From: Macrostomum lignano
Taxonomy: Eukaryota
Direction of reading: 5' to 3'
DNA length: 64,000 nucleotides
Assembly (NCBI GenBank): GCA_002269645.1
Contig: NIVC01000164.1
Location: 188,323 to 252,322, forward strand
Of the stretch, positions 24,932-37,300 are shown piece after piece. Positions within the stretch are counted from its first letter, which is position 1. Every line of letters starts with the position of its first letter. A program made the position numbers and the translations under genes. The notes beneath the pieces were generated by a model. The model made no database searches. It saw only the letters and a program-made list of their open reading frames with translations, and had not been told where the DNA came from.

Positions 24932-25906
24932 ATGCAGACAATGTCAGCATTGAATGGTTTTGCTTTCAAGTCTTTCTCTGTGCTTTGTCATCGATACAAA
25001 CTTTTACCTTGGTCCAATTTGAGCATCGCTCATCTTTGCCAGTCATCTAAAAGTAAGTAAAACCAATTTACTTATATAATTGACATCTTTTTGATGGAGT
25101 CCCACTACACCCTCCCCATTCCTTTGATGGAGTCCTGCTACACCCTCCCCATTCCTTTGATGGAGTCCTGCTACACCCCATTCCTTTGATGGAGTCCTGC
25201 CACACCCATTCCTTTGATGGAGTCCTGCTACACCCTTCCCATTCCTTTGATGGAGTCCTGCTACACCCCATTCCTTTGATGGAGTCCTGCTACACCCTTC
25301 CCATTCCTTTGATGGAGTCCTGCCACACCCATTCCTTTGATGGAGTCCTGCCACACCCATTCCTTTGATGGAGTCCTGCTACACCCTTCCCATTCCTTTG
25401 ATGGAGTCCTGCCACACCCCATTCCTTTGATGGAGTCCTGCCACACCCCATTCCTTTGATGGAGTCCTGCCACACCCCATTCCTTTGATGGAGTCCTGCC
25501 ACACCCCATTCCTTTGATGGAGTCCCACTACACCCTCCCCATTCCTTTGTCTGGGTACCACTACCCTCTTCATTTATAAAAAAAGCTATACTTCTCAAAC
25601 CCTCCACTTGTATCCCCGGGCTCAGGTGCAAGCAACACCGGCACAGGCATTGCAATGAAACCAACGGAATGGCAGAAGCGAATCCTAATTCTGGCTAAGA
25701 AATACCCCAATGTGGAATCGGTGCCAGCTTCCATTGACTTCGAGTCGGTGTACAAGCCGGCTTGGCTGCATGCTCGAAGGAAATTTAGAATCTATCTGTT
25801 CGTCCTAGTGGTAGGCATTGGTCACGTGATTGTGATTGCGCAATTCCTGCGGCATAGAGGCAACTATTGGAAAGAAGTGCAGGCCAGGAGCGAGCAGGAC
25901 TTTTAA
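24932..25906 (+). CDS. FAM162: FAM162-like (DUF1075) mitochondrial membrane protein (exons 24932..25052 and 25626..25906; 133 aa)
   Basis: KPTEWQKRILILAKKYPNVESVPASI...ARRKFRIYLFVLVVGIGHVIVI matches FAM162A KPTDWQKKILIW...IPETVS...RVKISYLMIALTV. Donor AA|GTAAGT at 25052/3 and acceptor CTCAG|GT at 25625/6 are both phase 1; 402 nt in total. Confidence 0.85.
25090..25550 (+). repeat. ~29-34-bp minisatellite (CCATTCCTTTGATGGAGTCCTGC...) in the FAM162 intron
   Basis: About 15 variable-length units. Confidence 0.93.
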
Positions 25907-26807
25907 AAAAAATTTTGCAACCAATGAAAATTGCTTGTAAAGTATTGAATTTAACTGTAATAGTGTTAGAACTGGATAAATACATATATATATTCACGTT
26001 TTGTTTTAATTGCAAGCGTCATTGTTTTGTTTTATTTTAATTCAATTAAGTTCGAATTATTAGCAGTTGTTTTCATTTTAACTGTTTCGCCTGCGTAACT
26101 GAATTTTGTGAATTACAATAGTCAATGGACTTTCGTATATACAATAAATAGAAAATAAGTTTAAAGGCGCGCCTTATCTTTAGTGCTCCTTATTCAGTTA
26201 TTAACTAGGTTTCAGTGAATGTTTTATCATGTAAATCTTATCAGCGGCCAAATTTTTATAGTCCCACAGGGTGAGATTTTAAGAAATTGAATTGTCCTGA
26301 CTAGCCTACTTATTTGGGCGATAGCAGTAGGGTGTAGTAGATTTGTTTTTCAAAGTCTACCATAAATAAATCCGAATTCTCAGCGTTAGAATTCAATCGA
26401 TTAATTCAACAGGACGTCGATTGTAAAAATTAGATAATCCTGATCCGCCAAAGCTGATTGTTTGTCACGGAATTGTGGATTTAGTTTCGAACGTCAAACC
26501 TTAGGAAAACCGCTCTCAAATGTGAGATCCTTGGTGTTAGATGTTTAAAGGCTACACAGGCCTCCTCTGGTTTTGAGATTTCGGAACAACAATAGCAGTC
26601 CTATAGTTGAAGATTTATGCATCAAGCGCTTCACAAATGAACGAGATTTTCACTATAATTTAAGCAAAAATGCTAAAAGAAATCTATTTATGAATTCTGA
26701 ATCTGAAACTAAATTTATTGCAGGTAGGAGCTGTGAACCATTGCGAAATTTTTTTCAAAAATCATAGAAACATACCGTAAAACAGCGATAAACATTGAAA
26801 CAAGAAA

Positions 26808-29800
26808 ATGCTTCGATATTCGTCGCCAAAATCGGCGGCGCTGTTGTTGAAGCGAGTCGCTGCGGCGCCTCTCCTGATGCACGGCAGTGTTGGCAGTGGC
26901 GCCAATCTGGCGCGCTGCTTGGCCAGCAGCGGCGGCGCCGGGGCCGGCGGTAACGGCGCCTACAAAGCCGTCGTATTCGACATGGGCGGCGTCCTCATCC
27001 CGGGACCGGCCGTGGTGTTCCGCGAATTCGAAAGCCGAAATCGATTGGCTGAGGGCGAGCTACTGCGGGTGAGGGCTAAGGGATTGATTGATTTATTGAC
27101 TGATTGATTGGTTCTTTGGATGATTGAGTAATTGATTGACTGATTAATTGATTGGTTATTGATTGATTGGTGGTTGATTGCTTGATTGATTGACTGGTTG
27201 ATTGCTTGCTTCCTTGATTTATTGATTGGTGATTGATTGCTTGATTGATTGGTGATTGATTGCTTGATTGATTAATTGATTAATTGACTTTTTGATTGAC
27301 TGGTTGATTGACTGGTTGCTTGCTTGCTTCCTTGATTGATTGATTGGTGATTGATTGCTTGATTGATTGATTGGTGATTGATTGATTGGTTCTTTGGTTG
27401 ATTTGGTTGATTGAGTAGCTGACTCACTAATTGATTGATTGACTGGCTTGAGCCTACTCATCGCCAAGCGTGTAGCACTACCAGATTAATTTATTGACTG
27501 ATTGATTGGTTATTTGATTGATTGCATGTCTGCAAAATCTATTACCCATCTACCTGTATATCTTTCATCTGACTTGTCATGTCATGAGCCTGACCTGTCC
27601 ATGCTTGTCAAGTGATATCATGTCCAACCACCCACGCATGCCTTGTCCACCTAATGCAGGGGTCGGCAAACTTTTTTACCTCACAGGGCCAGATAAAGAA
27701 TCCAGCTTATGGCTGCGGGCCAGGTGAGAGAAAATGGAGAGGGAAAAATGAGGGAGAGGAGAGAATAGGGGAGGAAAGGGAAGAGAAGAGACAAAAACCT
27801 TGAGCGGGCCGGATTGCTATTGTGAAGTTTCAAGGAACCCAATGAAAACCCTTAAATTTATATACTAGTCCATCTGCTAGTCCATCCACCCGGTTGCTTA
27901 CCTGACCATCTGTTATCTACCTATCCATCTACCTGTCCACCAACCTGTCCACCCACCCGGCACTGGACCGCCAGACGATCCTCAGCGGCGGGGACAGCGG
28001 CGCCTGGCACAGATTGGAAACCGGCCAATTGCCACTAGAAGAATTTTCTGTCGCTTTCTCCCGGGAAATCGCCAACCGCGCCGGTCGGCCAATCGACGCC
28101 GCCGGCATGCTGGAGGCCATGGACCTGGCCGAGCCTCTGCCGGAGATGCTGGACGCTGTGCGGGCCTGCCGTAGCAGCGGCTTTCGAACCGCCCTGCTGA
28201 CTAACAATTGGATGAATCGGGAGGGCGCGTCGTTGATGCCGCTGGATGCCAGGCTGTTCGATGTGGTGAGGAGGGGGGGCATTAATTTAGGGCTAAATTG
28301 GAATCTCGGCTTGGCTCTGCTCGTGCAATTAGCGGCCTTGAGGGCCAATCCCCAAGGCACAGTGAAGTGTACATGCCTAACGATCAATAAATTTTGGGCC
28401 TCTGTACACTCCTGTGAGTGTGTGCCTGCTCACGGGAGTCGGTGGAATGGGCAGTAATGCCTCTCGCCGGTTGTGTGACAATTCCGCTTAAAGTGATCCA
28501 GGGTAAACACAGCCCCTGACTGTAACTAGAAAATTGATTGGTTGATTAATGAACTATTTTTTAGTTAATTGGTTGATCAGTTTACATAATTGAATTTTTT
28601 GATTAAGTGATATTTTAATTACAGATAAGATTGGTAGATTTAATTGCTTTATTAACAGTTTTCAATTGTTATATTTGGTTAAGTTAGTATGCGTCAGATG
28701 AAGACTGACGTTAGTTGTCTAATAATAATAGAATCACAGTCAGGTAGCTTTATGAAATCCTTTGCTACTTTTCTGTGAGTTTTGCTACTCCTGCCAATAA
28801 GGTTTCAATCCCTTTTTCCTATTCTCCAAAGTTCATGTTGTACCTACGCGATGGAACTAGCTGGCTCCGTATGGCGTGACTTCCTAGCAGCGTTCAAGTA
28901 TACGAACGCCAGGTGGAAATTTTTTTATAATTATGGCCGAATTATAATTTCTAATTATAGCATTTCACCCCTGAAAAAAGCTTTGTTACGGAAATGAAAT
29001 CTGAATAAAATCTACTGATTGAATGGGAAATCCTTCAAATGCAAAGAAATATGGACTGGTTAGGGAGATCAGGAAAGAAGGAATACGTCACTGCCAAACC
29101 TTGCTTCAGTTTCATAGGGCATTTAGTTTGAAGCTGATTTAAAAAGTAATTATGAAAATACTTGCAAAATTAAATGACGGTGAAAATTAAGTTCGTGATT
29201 TATAGTTTTGTAAATTAAGCTTTGTATCATTTCATGATTAGTGTAATTTGAAAATTGTGTAATTTGGGGTTCGTGTAGTTTGTGGTTTGTGTAATTTGGG
29301 ATTTTTGTGATTTAGCATTTGTGTAATTTGGGGTTTGTGTAATTTGGAATTCGTGTAATTTAAGGTTTGTGTAATTTGTGATTTTTGTGATTAGGCATTT
29401 GTGTTTTTGCAATTTGTATAATTTGGGGTTTGTGTAATTTGGAATTTGTGCAATTTGGAATTTGTGTAATTTAAAGTTTGTGTAATTTGGGATTTGTGTA
29501 ATTTGGGGTTTGTGTAATTTGGAATTTGTGCAATTTGGAATTTGTGTAATTTAAAGTTTGTATAATTTGGGATTTGTGTAATTTGGGGTTTGTGTAATTT
29601 GGAATTTGTGCAATTTGGAATTTGTGTAATTTAAAGTTTGTGTAATTTGGGGTTTGTGTAATTTGGAATTCGTGTAATTTAAGGTTTGTGTAATTTGTGA
29701 TTTTTGTGATTAGGCATTTGTGTTTTTGCGATTTGTGTAATTTGAGGTTTGTGTAATTTGGAATTTGTGCAGTTTGAGATTTGTGTAATTTGGAATTTTT

Positions 29801-32800
29801 GTAATTTGTAATTTGTGTAATTTACGGTTTGTAATTTGGGCTTAGCGTAATTTGATATTTTTCTTATTTGAATCTTTAAAACCACCTGCAAATTTAGCAG
29901 TACTACTTGACCTGATGAAGAGCAGGTACAGAGGACAGGGAGAAAAGTCGAAAGCGCGTATTTCCAATGACCTTCATTTATAGCGTCACGTGGTTTTAAT
30001 CAGTTCTTTTTCTTGCTGACGTCCAGCTTGTAGCCTCCGTGATTAGTTATAGTTATTAATTATCCATAAATCGTCCTGCAATTTGTTCTCTTATCTCCGT
30101 TCGCGTTGGACCCTTGTTATCTTTACCTTGGGCATCGACTTTGACTTCTGTAGGGCATAATTGCATGTTTTATTTAGCACTTCTCATTTAGCCCAGGCTG
30201 AATTGGCCTGCGTGTAACACAGAAATCCAGGTAGATAAATATTTCCATTCCTATTACCAGCACCTGCCTTACCCTCTTGTCGCCAGCACCCACCTTTCCC
30301 TCTTATCACCAGCACCCGCCTTGCCTTCTTATTACCAGCACCCGCCTTACCCTCTTATCACCAGCACCCGCCTTGCCCTCTTATCACCAGCACCCGCCTT
30401 ACCCTCTTATCACCAGCACCCGCCTTGCCCTCTTATCACCAGCACCCGCCTTGCCTTCTTATCACTAGCACCCACCTTGCCCTCTTGTCACCAGCACCCG
30501 CCTTGCCCTCTTATCACAAACACCCGCCTGGCCGTCATCACCAGCTGTCCCCGTCTCCTAAAGCATGACTAACAGGGTAATTAAAATAATTTGGGCAACA
30601 AATTTGGTAGGCGGATATAATTGTACTAAATAGTCTGGCTCGGCTTTTGCGCCAATTAAACTGCCGGCTGGCACGCGCAGGCTATAAATAAAGTTGATTG
30701 GCCGAGCCTATTGCGTAGTTTTTTGCGTGTCAGAGCTGCTAAAGATAAAGGCGACAATTAGTTAGGAAAAAATAGGCACCACTGTTGACGTACAGAATGG
30801 TAAAGAAAATCAGGGATAGGACAGTGAGATAGAAGACAGGCGGAGAGAGGGATGGACACAATCACGGATAGAACAGTGAGATAGAAGACAGGCGGAGAGA
30901 GGGATGGACACAATCAGGGATAGAACAGTGAGATAGAAGACAGGCGGGGAGAGGGATAGACACAATCAGGGATAGAACAGTGAGATAGAAGACAGGCGGG
31001 GAGAGGGATAGACACAATCAGGGATAGAACAGTGAGATAGAAGACAGGCGGGGAGAGGGATAGACACAATCAGGGATAGAACAGTGAGATAGAAGACAGG
31101 CGGAGAGAGGGATGGACACAATCAGGGATAGAACAGTGAGATAGAAGACAGGCGGGGAGAGGGATAGACACAATCACGGATAGAACAGTGAGATAGAAGA
31201 CAGGCGGAGAGAGGGATAGACACATTCAGGGATAGAACAGTGAGATAGAAGACAGGCGGAGAGAGGGATAGACACATTCAGGGATAGAACAGTGAGATAG
31301 AAGACAGGCGGAGAGAGGGATGGACACAATCAGGGATAGAACAGTGAGATAGAAGACCGTCGGGGAGAGGGATAGACACATTCATGGATAGAACAGTGAG
31401 ATAGAAGACAGGCGGAGAGAGGGATAGACACATTCAGGGATAGAACAGTGAGATAGAAGACAGGCGGAGAGAGGGATGGACACAATCAGGGATAGAACAG
31501 TGAGATAGAAGACCGTCGGGGAGAGGGATAGACACATTCATGGATAGAACAGTGAGATAGAAGACAGGCGGAGTGAGAATGCGACACACACAGATCGCCC
31601 TTGATCTCACACAGCAAGCAGAGATACTGATAGTCAGAGATACATTACGGATAGATAAATGATAGTGATAAAAAATTTCAACCTAAGCAGCCTCCGATTA
31701 CTGACCGAGTGAGCAAGACCAGCTAATCCCATATATGAATAGCAACTCCCAGCTTAATGGCTTGTATGAGCGCGGGACTTAAATGGTGCAGTTTTCGTTC
31801 CCCAGTAATCCCCCCGCGCTCACTCAGTGTTCGTTCAGCTCCCAGTCTGTCTGTCTGTACCATTTTTTAACATTCTATCTTTCTTGAAAGCTATCGTAGA
31901 TAGCTGGTATAATCATAGCCCGACTCTATTTGTGCCTGGAAAATTCTGGCAAATAGCCAATAGTGCATCCGATTCGCATTTGTTTGAATTGGACTATTGA
32001 CATTCACTCGATCGCTCTGTCACTTCATTCACAAGTATGGTTGTACGTCGCTTTTGGTTGGAAATTTGAATCAGCTTCTGTATTTCAACCATGTCTCAAA
32101 GTCCCTTTAGCACTTTTCTCTCATCATTCTTGCACGTTTCTCTTTTCCCTCTTGCACGTTTCTCTTTTCCCTCTTGCACGTTTCTCTTTTCCCTCTTGCA
32201 CGTTTCTCTTTTCCCTCTTGCACGTTTCTCTTTTCCCTCTTGCACGTTCTCTTTTCCCTCTTGCACGTTTCTCTTTTCCCTCTTGCACGTTCTCTTTTCC
32301 TTATTGCACGTTTCTCTTTTCCCTCTCACACGTTCTCTTTTCCCTCTTGTACGTTCTCTTTTCCTTCTTGCACGTTTCTCTTTTCCTTCTTGCACGTTTC
32401 TCTTTTCCCTCTCACACGTTCTCTTTTCCCTCTTGTACGTTCTCTTTTCCTTCTTGCACGTTTCTCTTTTTCCTCTCACACGTTCTATTTCCCTCTTGTA
32501 CGTTCTCTTTTCCTTCTTGCACGTTTCTCTTTTTCCTCTCACACGTTCTATTTCCCTCTTGTACGTTCTCTTTTCCTTCTTGCACGTTTCTCTTTTTCCT
32601 CTCACACGTTCTATTTCCCTCTTGTACGTTCTCTTTTCCTTCTTGCACGTTTCTCTTTTTCCTCTCATACGCTCTATTTCCCTCTTGTACGTTCTCTTTT
32701 CCTTCTTGCACGTTTCTCTTTTTCCTCCGTTTCTCTCATCCTTCTTGCACGTTTCTCTTTTCCTCTTGCACGTTTCGCTCATCCTTCTTGCACGTTTCTC

Positions 32801-34169
32801 TTTTCTCTCTTGCACGTTTCTCTTTTCCCTCTTGCACGTTTATCTCTCATCCTTCTTGCACGTTTCTCTTTTCCCTCTCACACGTTCTCTTTTCTCTCTT
32901 GCACGTTTCTCTTTTCCTTCTTGCACGTTTCTCTTTTCCCTCTCACACGTTCTCTTTTCCCTCTTGCACGTTCTCTTTTCCTTCTTGCACGTTTCTCTTT
33001 TCCTTCTTGCACGTTTCTCTTTTCCCTCTTGCACGTTCTCTTTTCCTTCTTGCACGTTCTCTTTTCCCTCTCACACGTTCTCTTTTCTCTCTTGCACGTT
33101 TCTCTTTTCCCCCTTGCAGACAATTCTCTCACCCCTCTGTCTTATTCCTCCAGCATGTTTCTCTCAGCTCTCTCTCTGTCTCATGTATCTCGTATCTTTC
33201 TTACAAATTTCCTCTAACGTCTTTATCAGTGATTTATATTAATATTTCATATTTTCACTTATCAACATACATTGCTAAGTTTTGATTTCCAATCAGTAAT
33301 TTAAGCAGTAATCCTGCCTTCGATTTTTCGCAGATTGTTGAATCCTGCAAAGTTGGCTGCCGAAAACCGGACGAGAGAATCTACAAAATCTTGCTAGAGC
33401 GGCTTGGCTTGCCAGCCAGCAGTGTGGTCTTCTTGGACGATATTGGCCAGAACTTGAAGGCCGCAAAAGCGCTGGGTATTAAAACTATTAAGGTGAGAAT
33501 AAATTTCATTCTATAGCTTTGTGGGATGGGTTTTGTGATGTGGGATTTGTTGAGTGGCTTTTTTGGTGTAGCTTTTTGGGGTAAGTATTGAGGAGGTGGG
33601 TTTCGGTGGTTTGTTTTGAATGTATACCAAGATTTAGAGGTCATAGAAGCTCTATCTCCTATAAAACAAATTGAGTATTTTATCAAAATTTCTGTCCTCA
33701 AACATAAAATTCAAGCCAATAACTTCTATTGCCCATTAAGTTTAAATAATAAATTCAGTTTGAATTTTTATTCAGGAGAATTCTGGCTTTCGTCTTAATA
33801 TTTTCCAAATATATATTGGCCATTCCGACTATCAACTGCACATTGGAGGGCTTGAACTGCTTTTTATGAAGCTTTATAGTCTGTGTGTCGGTCTGTCTGT
33901 CTGTCTGTGTGTCTGTCTGTGTGTCTGTGTCTGTCTGTCTGTCTGTCTGTCTGTGTGTCTGTCTGTGTGTCTGTCTGTGTGTCGGTCTGTCTGTCTGTCT
34001 GCCTGTGTGTCTGTCTGTGTGTCTGTGTCTGTCTGTCTGTCTGTCTGTGTGTCTGTCTGTGTGTCTGTCTGTCTGTGTGTCTGCCTGTCTGTCTGTCTGT
34101 GTGTCTGTCTGTGTGTCTGTCTGTGTGTCTGTCTGTCTGTGTGTCTGCCTGTCTGTCTGTCTGTCTGTG

Positions 34170-34218
<49 letters not shown>

Positions 34219-34253
34219 GCCTGCCTGCCTGTCTGTCTGTCTGTCTGTCTGTG

Positions 34254-34296
<43 letters not shown>

Positions 34297-34315
34297 GTGT
34301 GTGTCTGTCTGTGTG

Positions 34316-34358
<43 letters not shown>

Positions 34359-37300
34359 GTATCTGTCTGCCTGTCTGTCTGTCTGTCTGTCTGTCTGTGT
34401 CTGTCTATCAGTCTGTCACATCTACTCTACTCCTGTCCCGCAGGTGACGAGCTCCCAGCAGGCCATCCGCGATCTGGAATCTGTAATCGGCGTTTCACTT
34501 CAACAGACGGCCGCATCCTCGCCGCAGGATCCGCACCCCCCGGGCACGGTTGAGGTGTCGGAGCGGCTGCGCCTGGATGCGGACCGACTCCGCTCCTACC
34601 TGGCCAAACTGTTCCCCAGCGAGTCCGCTGCCGAGCTGACAGTCCGAGGCTTCAGCCACGGCCAGTCAAACCCCACCTACTACATTCGGCTGGGCCAGCG
34701 AGAACTCGTGCTGCGCAAGAAGCCGCCGGGCAAGCTGCTACCGTCGGCTCACGCAATCGAACGCGAGTTTAGGGTGATGTCGGCTCTGCGACAGCGGGGC
34801 GTCCCGCTGCCCGAGCTGTTCGATCTGTGCGAAGATTCCAGCGTGTTGGGCACGCCGTTCTACGTGATGGAATACCTGAGAGGCCAGGTATTCACCGATG
34901 TGAGACTGCCGGACCTGAAGCCGGAGCAGAGAAGACAGGTTCGACTTTTGAAGGCCTATTTTTAATGATCATTGAGCGATATCTAGAATTCTAAAAACGA
35001 CACTTATGAAACCGAAACCAGTTTCTTAGAATCAATATTATTTAGGACGGACCTTTATTCATAATCGTTCTCGCTTTCCTAGAAACAGCAGATTTCGTAG
35101 AATTGACAGACTTTGTATAACATATTATTTTAAATAAAAATCGTAAAATTTAAAAAAGTTAGTTTACATGTAGTTTAGTAAGATAGACATAAGTATTCTT
35201 CTAGCTCGTAAGAAGCGACACCGTTTCAAAAAAAAGTGCACCCCGTTTTCTTTGAGTTGACGTGTCAGTTTCATAGATTCAACTGGATTTTATTAGAATC
35301 ACTTCTAAATTTCTTTGAATCGGTTTTATTTTCTTAGAATCGGTGTTTTTTTCTAAGAATGGGCCTTAATTCTTTGGAATCGACTTTATATTCTCTTAGA
35401 ATCGATCTTATTTTCTTAGAATCAATCTTATTTTCTTAAAATCGGTCGCTTTTTCTTAGAATCAGTCTTTTTAAGAATCGATCTTACTTTCTTAGAATCG
35501 ATCTTACTTTCTTAAGAGTCGGACTTAAGAATCGCTACAATATCGTTGTATTGTATTTGGATCGCCCCCTATATTCCAAGAAATCGCCCATCCGCAGGTG
35601 TACTCTGAGATGATCCGGGTCCTGGCTCTAATCCACAGCGTAGATCCAGATTCGGCTAATCTGTCGGACTACGGCAAGCGCGAGCGCTATCTGGCGCGCA
35701 ATATCGAGCGGTGGCGCGGCCAATACGAGGCCAGCGTCGGTGGCGACGCCCAGCCGATACCGGAGATGACGGATTTGCACAAATGGCTGATGGCGCATCT
35801 GCCCGAAGGCCCCGAGCCCAGCGGAGTTGTGCACGGGGATTTCCGATTAGATAATTTGGTATTCGATCGGGATAAGCTGCAGGTGGGCCTTTTTGTGATT
35901 TGAATATTATTTTCTTGTTTGTTGAGTCGACCCCGCAGCCAGCGGGGAGGCAGGGCAGTCACGCGCTCGCTCACCTGTTTCCTAGAATAATGGCTGTTTC
36001 CTAGAATAATGGCTGTTTCCTAGAATAGTGGCTGTTTCCTAGAATAAAGGCTGTTTCCTAGAATAATGGCTGTTTCCTAGAATAATGGCTGTTTCCTAGA
36101 ATAGTGGCTGTTTCCTAGAATAAAGGCTGTTTCCTAGAATAATGGCTGTTTCCTAGAATAGTGGCTGTTTCCTAGAATAAAGGCTGTTTCCTAGAATAAA
36201 GGCTGTTTCCTAGAATAATGGCTGTTTCCTAGAATAATGGCTGTTTCCCAGAAACATGGCTGTTTACTAGAATAATGCTGTTTTCTAGAATAATAGCTGT
36301 GTCCTAGAATAAAAGTTATTTCCTAGAATAATGGTGGTTTCCCAGAAACATGGCTTTTTCCTAGAATAATGGCTGTTTCATAGAATAAAAGTTATTTCCT
36401 AGAATAATGGTGGTTTCCTAGAAACATGGCTGTTTCCTAGAATAATAGCTTTTTCCTAGAATAATGCTGTTTCCTAGAAAAATAGCTGTTTCCTAGAATA
36501 AAAGCTGTTTCCTAGAATAATGGCTGTTTCCTAGAAGAATGGCTGTTTTTTTAGAAGAATGGCTGTTTTCTAAAAACTAATTTTCCTAGAAGCAAATTTT
36601 ATTTTGCTTTTGCTTTATATTCTTCCATTTCTCTAACCTTCAAATGCCTTTCATTAATCCCTCTATAATCTGTCGTTCGGCGCTCGCAAATCAAAGTCAC
36701 GTGATGCAGAATTGCGTATCGTCATTAATGTTTGATGCGCCATATGCTTCTACGCAAATTTCTTGTCCAACAAAATTCGCTTATTCAGCGAATGATCGAT
36801 GACTGTGCTGTAGGGACAGATTTCGCGCTTTGAGTCACCTGTTGGGTGGAAATATTTTTAACCTTTTTGTGCAAAGCAACCATTTGCCAACACCTGTTTT
36901 TTTCGTAGCAGTCTCCCAATTTATTCTATTTCGATGTCTAAATCTGGCACAACGGCCTTGGTTTAATTCTCTTTTCTGCTTTGGTTTTCTGCCGACCTTT
37001 CCGTTCGGATTGCGCCCCTCTCTGCATTTTCTCTCCGTCCCTCCCTCTTCGCCCCTCTCTCTCCGCCCCTCTCTACCCCTCTCTCCGTCCCTCTCTCTCC
37101 TCTCTACCCTTTCTCTTCGCCCCTCTCTACCTCTTCTCTCCGCCCCTCTCTACCCTTTCTCTCCGTCCCTCTCTACCTCTTCTCTCCGCCCCTCTCTACC
37201 CTTTCTCTCCGCCCCTCTCTACCTCTTCTCTCCGCCCCTCTCTACCCTTTCTCTCCGCCCCTCTCTGCATTTTCTCTCCGTCCCTCCCTCTTCGCCCCTC

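Noticed and set aside
29905-29965. Hammerhead ribozyme / Penelope-like end (CTGATGA...GAAAGCGCGTA)
   Set aside because: The core words are present, but stems I and II do not pair convincingly and an alternative ACCTG/CAGGT hairpin sequesters the core. At most a decayed remnant; a similar weak motif lies at ~28695.
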